This document shows positions 58,947 through 64,000 of a DNA stretch of 64,000 bases, in pieces (the stretch's first letter is position 1; each line of letters opens with the position of its first letter). The DNA lies in NCBI GenBank assembly GCA_001791745.1, contig MGFG01000010.1, forward strand, positions 3,351 to 67,350, in the 5' to 3' direction. The notes beneath the pieces are model-generated. The model had not been told where the DNA came from, made no database searches, and was given only the letters and a program-made list of their open reading frames with translations. This DNA comes from Candidatus Uhrbacteria bacterium RIFOXYC2_FULL_47_19. GTDB lineage: Bacteria; Patescibacteriota; Patescibacteriia; SG8-24. The position numbers were made by a program, and so were the translations under genes.

Positions 58947-61184
58947 ATGAAAAAAAATCTCGTAATAGTCGAATCGCCAACTAAGGCTAAAACCATCACA
59001 AAATTTTTAGGTCGCAACTACAAAGTCATGTCCTCTTTTGGTCATGTCCGTGACTTACCTAAAAATGATCTTGGGGTAGACACAGAGAACGACTTCGCTC
59101 CTAAGTATGTAATTCCAACCAAGTCACGTAAGGTCGCCTCTGAATTAAAAAAGGCAGCCAAGGATGCCGAGGTTATTTACTTCGCATCAGATGAAGATCG
59201 CGAAGGTGAAGCGATCTCTTGGCACCTTAAGGAGATGCTAAACATCGATCCAAAACGAACCAGACGTATCACCTTTCATGAAATCACCGGCACAGCCATC
59301 AAAAAAGCCCTAGAAAATCCACGCGACATCGACAATCATCTGGTTGACGCACAACAAGCACGCCGCGTCCTAGACCGATTGGTTGGCTACAAACTATCCC
59401 CTTTCTTATGGCGAAAAGTAGCTCGTGGACTTTCGGCCGGACGTGTTCAATCAGTGGTTGTTCGTTTGATTGTCGAACGTGAACGTGAAATTGGCGAATT
59501 CAAACCACAAGAATATTGGTCAATTGAAGCTTTACTACATCGTCAAAATGATACCGAAACATTCGTAGCTAAATTACATCGGCGCGATGGAGAAATACTC
59601 GATAAATTCGCCCTAGCCAATGAAGATGCTGCCCAGCAAGTACTGGGTGACTTAGACGGTTCCACTTGGACAGTTAAATCGGTAGAAAAAAAGACGGTCA
59701 AAAAGAAGCCCCTACCACCATTCACTACTTCAACACTCCAACAGGATGCCAATAATAGATTTGGCTTCTCCTCAAAACAGACCATGGTTATTGCTCAACA
59801 ACTCTACGAAGGCATCGAGCTTGGTGACGAGGGTTCGACTGGCTTAATCACCTACATGCGTACGGACTCAGTTAATTTGTCCGATGACTTTGTAGGTGAA
59901 TCTCGCGATTGGTTAACCAAAAACCTAGGGAATGAGTATTTGCCGGATGTTCCACGTCGTTACGAGAATAAATCAAAGGGTGCACAAGAGGCGCATGAAG
60001 CCATCAGGCCAACCAGTGCGGCGCTCCATCCTAAGATAGTGGCCAAACATCTCGACTCGCGCCAAGCTAAGCTCTACGACCTGATCTGGCGTCGAGCAGT
60101 AGCCTCACAAATGGTTGATGCCGAAATTGACACGGTTACTGTAGATACAGAAGCGACTAACCAAGGACGCCCAGTTTATGGCTTCCGGGCCACTGGATCG
60201 ACCTTGGTCAAAAAGGGTTATTTGGAAGTCTATCAATCCGAGACCAAAGAAAATCTATTACCAGAACTAGACAAGGGTGATGGATTACTCGCAGAAAAGA
60301 TTGAACCAAAACAACACTTTACTGAACCTCCACCTCGTTATACTGAGGCCTCGCTGGTCAAGACACTGGAGGAAAACGGCATTGGACGTCCATCGACCTA
60401 TGCTCCAACCATCAGCACAGTGGTTGACCGTGGCTACGTCGAGAAAGATGGCCGCAAACTCAAACCTACTGACTTGGCCACTCTAGTCAATGACTTACTA
60501 GTTCAACACTTTCCAAATATTGTGGACCTACAGTTTACGGCCAAGATGGAAAATGACCTAGATGACGTTGCTACTGGACATAAAGACTGGGTGCCGGTTA
60601 TTCGTGACTTCTATCTCCCCTTCGAAGAAAACCTAAAGATGAAAGAGAAGGAAGTAAATAAGAAGGATGTAGCCGAAGAAAGTACTGATGAAAAATGTGA
60701 ACTCTGTAGTAAACCAATGATCATCAAGATCGGACGCTACGGCAAATTCATGGCCTGCACTGGTTTTCCGGAATGTCGCAATACTAAAGCTGTAGAAGGA
60801 ACGGATGGTGATACGACCACTGAAGCCACGCCAGAAACAGATCAAAAATGCGAAGCTTGTGGTTCACCAATGATCATCAAGCGCGGACGATTCGGACCAT
60901 TCCTTAGTTGCTCTGGTTACCCGAAATGCAAAACAATTAAGTCGATTCAAAAAAAGGTTGGAGTTAATTGCCCTCAATGCAGCAACGGGGAAATCATCGA
61001 GAAAAAAACTCGTAAAGGTAAAACATTCTATGCCTGCTCTGGTTACCCGAAATGCGACTTTGCTTTGTGGAGTCGACCAACTGGCGACATCTGTCCAAAA
61101 TGTAAACAACTAATGGTCATAGCTAAGAAAGACGAGGTTAAATGCTCTGGCGAAGGCTGTAGTCACACCCAACCCATAACCTAA
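58947..61184 (+). CDS. topA: DNA topoisomerase I
   Basis: IVESPTK, DREGEAI, SAGRVQS, ITYMRTDS, C-terminal Zn ribbons. Confidence 0.98.
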   Translation: MKKNLVIVESPTKAKTITKFLGRNYKVMSSFGHVRDLPKNDLGVDTENDFAPKYVIPTKSRKVASELKKAAKDAEVIYFASDEDREGEAISWHLKEMLNIDPKRTRRITFHEITGTAIKKALENPRDIDNHLVDAQQARRVLDRLVGYKLSPFLWRKVARGLSAGRVQSVVVRLIVEREREIGEFKPQEYWSIEALLHRQNDTETFVAKLHRRDGEILDKFALANEDAAQQVLGDLDGSTWTVKSVEKKTVKKKPLPPFTTSTLQQDANNRFGFSSKQTMVIAQQLYEGIELGDEGSTGLITYMRTDSVNLSDDFVGESRDWLTKNLGNEYLPDVPRRYENKSKGAQEAHEAIRPTSAALHPKIVAKHLDSRQAKLYDLIWRRAVASQMVDAEIDTVTVDTEATNQGRPVYGFRATGSTLVKKGYLEVYQSETKENLLPELDKGDGLLAEKIEPKQHFTEPPPRYTEASLVKTLEENGIGRPSTYAPTISTVVDRGYVEKDGRKLKPTDLATLVNDLLVQHFPNIVDLQFTAKMENDLDDVATGHKDWVPVIRDFYLPFEENLKMKEKEVNKKDVAEESTDEKCELCSKPMIIKIGRYGKFMACTGFPECRNTKAVEGTDGDTTTEATPETDQKCEACGSPMIIKRGRFGPFLSCSGYPKCKTIKSIQKKVGVNCPQCSNGEIIEKKTRKGKTFYACSGYPKCDFALWSRPTGDICPKCKQLMVIAKKDEVKCSGEGCSHTQPIT

Positions 61185-61207
61185 CCAAACGAGCCAATTT
61201 AAGCGAT

Positions 61208-61238
61208 AAAACAGACGACATTAGTCGTCTGTTTTTTT
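61208..61238 (+). terminator. Terminator after topA
   Basis: AAAACAGACGAC-atta-GTCGTCTGTTTTTTT. Confidence 0.8.
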
Positions 61239-61312
61239 GACCAAAAATCTGACGTGCTTACTATTCTTTACGAGAATGGTCTAAACTGATATTATGTAAA
61301 GTCGATCAGACA

Positions 61313-62860
61313 ATGGAACATATGACAAAGCCGAACGTCGACGGACTATTAGAAAAGATCAAAAAATATGAACCTGAGGCAGACCTTGATTTGGTGCGCT
61401 TGGCTTTTGATTTTGCTAACGACGCTCATCAAGGACAAAAAAGAAAGTCAGGTGAGCCATACATTGTACATCCGTTAGCCACGGCCGAGTTACTAGCAGA
61501 AATGAATGTTCCAATATCAATTATCATTGCTGGGCTACTACATGACGTGCCAGAAGACACACCGGTAACAATCGAAGATATTCGCAAAAATTTTGGTGAT
61601 GATATTTCTTCAATGGTCGCCGGAATTACCAAACTTGGCAAAATAAAATATCGCGGCATTGATCGCTATGTTGAAAATCTACGCAAAATGTTCGTAGCCA
61701 TGGCTTCGGACATTCGTGTCATCTTGATAAAATTTGCCGATCGGATCAATAACTTGAGTACACTATCAGCACTACCGCCAGCCAAACAAATCCGCATTGC
61801 TCAAGAATCCCTCGAGATTTACGCTCCGATTGCCAATCGTTTAGGAATTAACAAGATGCGAGCCAAGTTGGAAGATCTATCTTTCAAACACTCAATGCCT
61901 AAAGAATATGAATGGGTCACAGGTTTAGTTGATCGCGCTATTAAAGTCAAAAAAGGCTATGTCGAGAAAGTCAAAACCCTACTCGAAGCGGAACTAAAGC
62001 GTAATGAAATAAACTTCGAAGCAATAGACGGTCGCGTTAAACATAAATACAGTCTGTATCGCAAATTACTGAAGCACGAGCGTGATATTATTCAAATCCA
62101 TGACATTATCGCCCTGCGCATCATCGTACCTAAGCTCAGTGACTGTTATGCAGTCCTAGGAATTATCCATCAAACCTGGAAGCCGCTTAAGGGGCGCATT
62201 AAGGACTACATCTCTCAACCTAAACCGAACGGTTATCAATCACTGCACACAACTGTCTTCTGTGAAGGTGGAGAAATTGTGGAATTCCAAATTCGCACCA
62301 ATGTAATGCACGAAGAAGCCGAACGGGGTATTGCTGCTCACTGGCAATACGACGAGGCTGGCAAGGTTGCTTCGCCTGAAGTTCGTAAACAGATGAAGTG
62401 GGTCAAAGATCTAGCCAAACAACATCTAGATACCAAATCTGGCCCAGAATTTCTTGAATCATTAGAAACATTAAAAATTGATGTCTTCCAAGATCGAATT
62501 TTCGTTTTCACTCCTAAAGGGGATGTCATTGATCTACCAGAAGGTGCAACACCAGTAGACTTTGCCTATGCTATTCATTCACAAATAGGAAACACCTGTG
62601 TTGGTGCACGCGTCAACGATCATATTGTTAGCCTAGAGACACGACTATTCTCCGGAGACTGTTGCGAAATTATTGTCGATAAGGATCGAACTAGTCCAAA
62701 CCCAGATTGGCTATCTTTTATAAAAACCTCGACTGCTCGTTCCCATATAAGAAGCGGCGCCAAGTCACGCCTGACACGCTGGATAAAAAACTTTGGAGAA
62801 GAAAGAGAAAGCAAAAAAGAGAGAGCTGAGCAGCGTGCAACACATAAAAAAAATAGATAA
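61313..62860 (+). CDS. RelA/SpoT family protein (HD-SYNTH-TGS, no ACT domain)
   Basis: RKSGEPY, LHDVPEDT, KPNGYQSLHT, TPVDFAYAIHS. Confidence 0.95.
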   Translation: MEHMTKPNVDGLLEKIKKYEPEADLDLVRLAFDFANDAHQGQKRKSGEPYIVHPLATAELLAEMNVPISIIIAGLLHDVPEDTPVTIEDIRKNFGDDISSMVAGITKLGKIKYRGIDRYVENLRKMFVAMASDIRVILIKFADRINNLSTLSALPPAKQIRIAQESLEIYAPIANRLGINKMRAKLEDLSFKHSMPKEYEWVTGLVDRAIKVKKGYVEKVKTLLEAELKRNEINFEAIDGRVKHKYSLYRKLLKHERDIIQIHDIIALRIIVPKLSDCYAVLGIIHQTWKPLKGRIKDYISQPKPNGYQSLHTTVFCEGGEIVEFQIRTNVMHEEAERGIAAHWQYDEAGKVASPEVRKQMKWVKDLAKQHLDTKSGPEFLESLETLKIDVFQDRIFVFTPKGDVIDLPEGATPVDFAYAIHSQIGNTCVGARVNDHIVSLETRLFSGDCCEIIVDKDRTSPNPDWLSFIKTSTARSHIRSGAKSRLTRWIKNFGEERESKKERAEQRATHKKNR

Positions 62861-62996
62861 TAAATACTACTGACCTAAAATAGACTGCCTTCTGCTAAAA
62901 TCAGAAGGCTTTTTAATAGATGTTTCAGAGAAGGAAAACAAAAAGGCCCGACCAAACATGGGTCGGACCAACCTAAAATCAACAAATTACAGAGAC

Positions 62997-63740
62997 TTAT
63001 TTCCTCAATCCTTTAATCGCATATCTAAAGAGTATCCGCATGGCCTTAACCAGAGGCTCATTGTCGATGGAAACCGAATACATCTTACCTTGAAAGGTAA
63101 CGCCAACTAGTCGATTTCCGTAGATACCAATATTGCAGCCGAAATACTTATCATTCTCGTCATGCATGAAAATGTGTCGATCGCTTATAACTCGATCTCC
63201 TTCACTTGGACTTCCGGAAAAGATACCGTAAATGTTTTTTACAGTACGACGTGCTGTGCCACGCAGTTCCTTCAGATCATTCGGTGTCAAAACCTGATAC
63301 ATGGCATCAAGATCGGTGATCTCGTAAGACTCATGTTCCGGCGACTGTAACATGTCCTGAATAATAGCCTTAATTGCCTCTTTACCCTCGAAGACCCGAA
63401 CCACAGGCCGTTCACCTCCGACCCGCAACTGTAATTCAGGTAGAATACGCTCCAACTCACTCACCCGATCATGTAACTCAACATCCTTACGTTTGGCATA
63501 GGATAGCAACTTCTCTGGAGATTCAGCTATAAAGAAACGCTTCTTCCCACGCATGACACTCGACATCAATCCACGTTCCTCAAGAAGTTGAATCGCAGTA
63601 TAAGTCGCTTGACGCGACAATTTAGACTGCTTTGACAGGTCGATGACCGTACTTGGTCCGCGCTCCAGGGCAGCGATATAAGTACTTATCTCACTCCCTT
63701 GTAGCCCAATAGACTTTAGGATAGATGCCACTTTTTGCAT
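62997..63740 (-). CDS. TrmB-family transcriptional regulator
   Basis: L..IGL...E...Y..L N-terminus; SRQATY..I..L...GL wHTH; VRVFEG.E. Confidence 0.88.
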   Translation of the reverse strand: MQKVASILKSIGLQGSEISTYIAALERGPSTVIDLSKQSKLSRQATYTAIQLLEERGLMSSVMRGKKRFFIAESPEKLLSYAKRKDVELHDRVSELERILPELQLRVGGERPVVRVFEGKEAIKAIIQDMLQSPEHESYEITDLDAMYQVLTPNDLKELRGTARRTVKNIYGIFSGSPSEGDRVISDRHIFMHDENDKYFGCNIGIYGNRLVGVTFQGKMYSVSIDNEPLVKAMRILFRYAIKGLRK

Positions 63741-63799
63741 AACGATTATTGACTAGAGAATTTTGATTGACTGCACAAAGATTACCACGTCGGGACATA

Positions 63800-64000
63800 C
63801 TACGGAATAACCGAGACCGACTTCAGTAATGTAGTCCTTGAAGTTTCCTTCATATCCACCAATAACTTTTCCTGTAACTTTCGTATACGCTCATGATACT
63901 CATTCCACAACCGATCATGCTCACTACGATCATTGTCATTAAGACGTGCTAATGCTGTACGCATCTTTTGATCGATGACTTTTTTCTTTCGTTCGTAAAC
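63800..64000 (-). CDS. 3' end of a hypothetical helical protein (partial)
   Basis: Open frame VYERKKKVIDQK...LLKSVSVIP-stop. Confidence 0.5.
   Translation of the reverse strand, partial: VYERKKKVIDQKMRTALARLNDNDRSEHDRLWNEYHERIRKLQEKLLVDMKETSRTTLLKSVSVIP

Noticed and set aside
1..64000. Alternative genetic code (TGA reassigned)
   Set aside because: Conserved genes are full length in code 11 and several end properly at TGA.

Overview
Bacterial chromosomal window using the standard genetic code. Gene content points to Patescibacteria/CPR, most likely a Uhrbacteria-like lineage (inference): VirB2-pilin-fused giant surface proteins, a DUF5667/ECF sigma pair, ftsA-ftsZ-nrdR-pyk-ppsA, short Rel, and mostly SD-less genes. 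The backbone holds a surface-glycan cluster, smpB/tmRNA, infC-rpmI-rplT, tRNA-Asp, tRNA-Val, hisS, lepB, der, pth, dprA, topA and rel, plus a 15-kb surface locus with a 3351-aa protein. The most striking signal lies at 14.1-27.8 kb: four GC-rich orphan genes (a lipoprotein, an outer-membrane beta-barrel-like protein, an SLxx-repeat protein and a membrane-anchored repeat protein). All four have strong Shine-Dalgarno sites. Their three loci each carry a TTGAC-17bp-TAAGTT promoter with an identical TGTTAAGTTG box. They lie in or beside modular TGTC-tagged REP arrays; one locus is bounded by a 22-bp inverted repeat, and two loci share a roughly 500-600 bp end module. No transposase or integrase is seen in the window. 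All coordinates were read by eye and no database searches were run.
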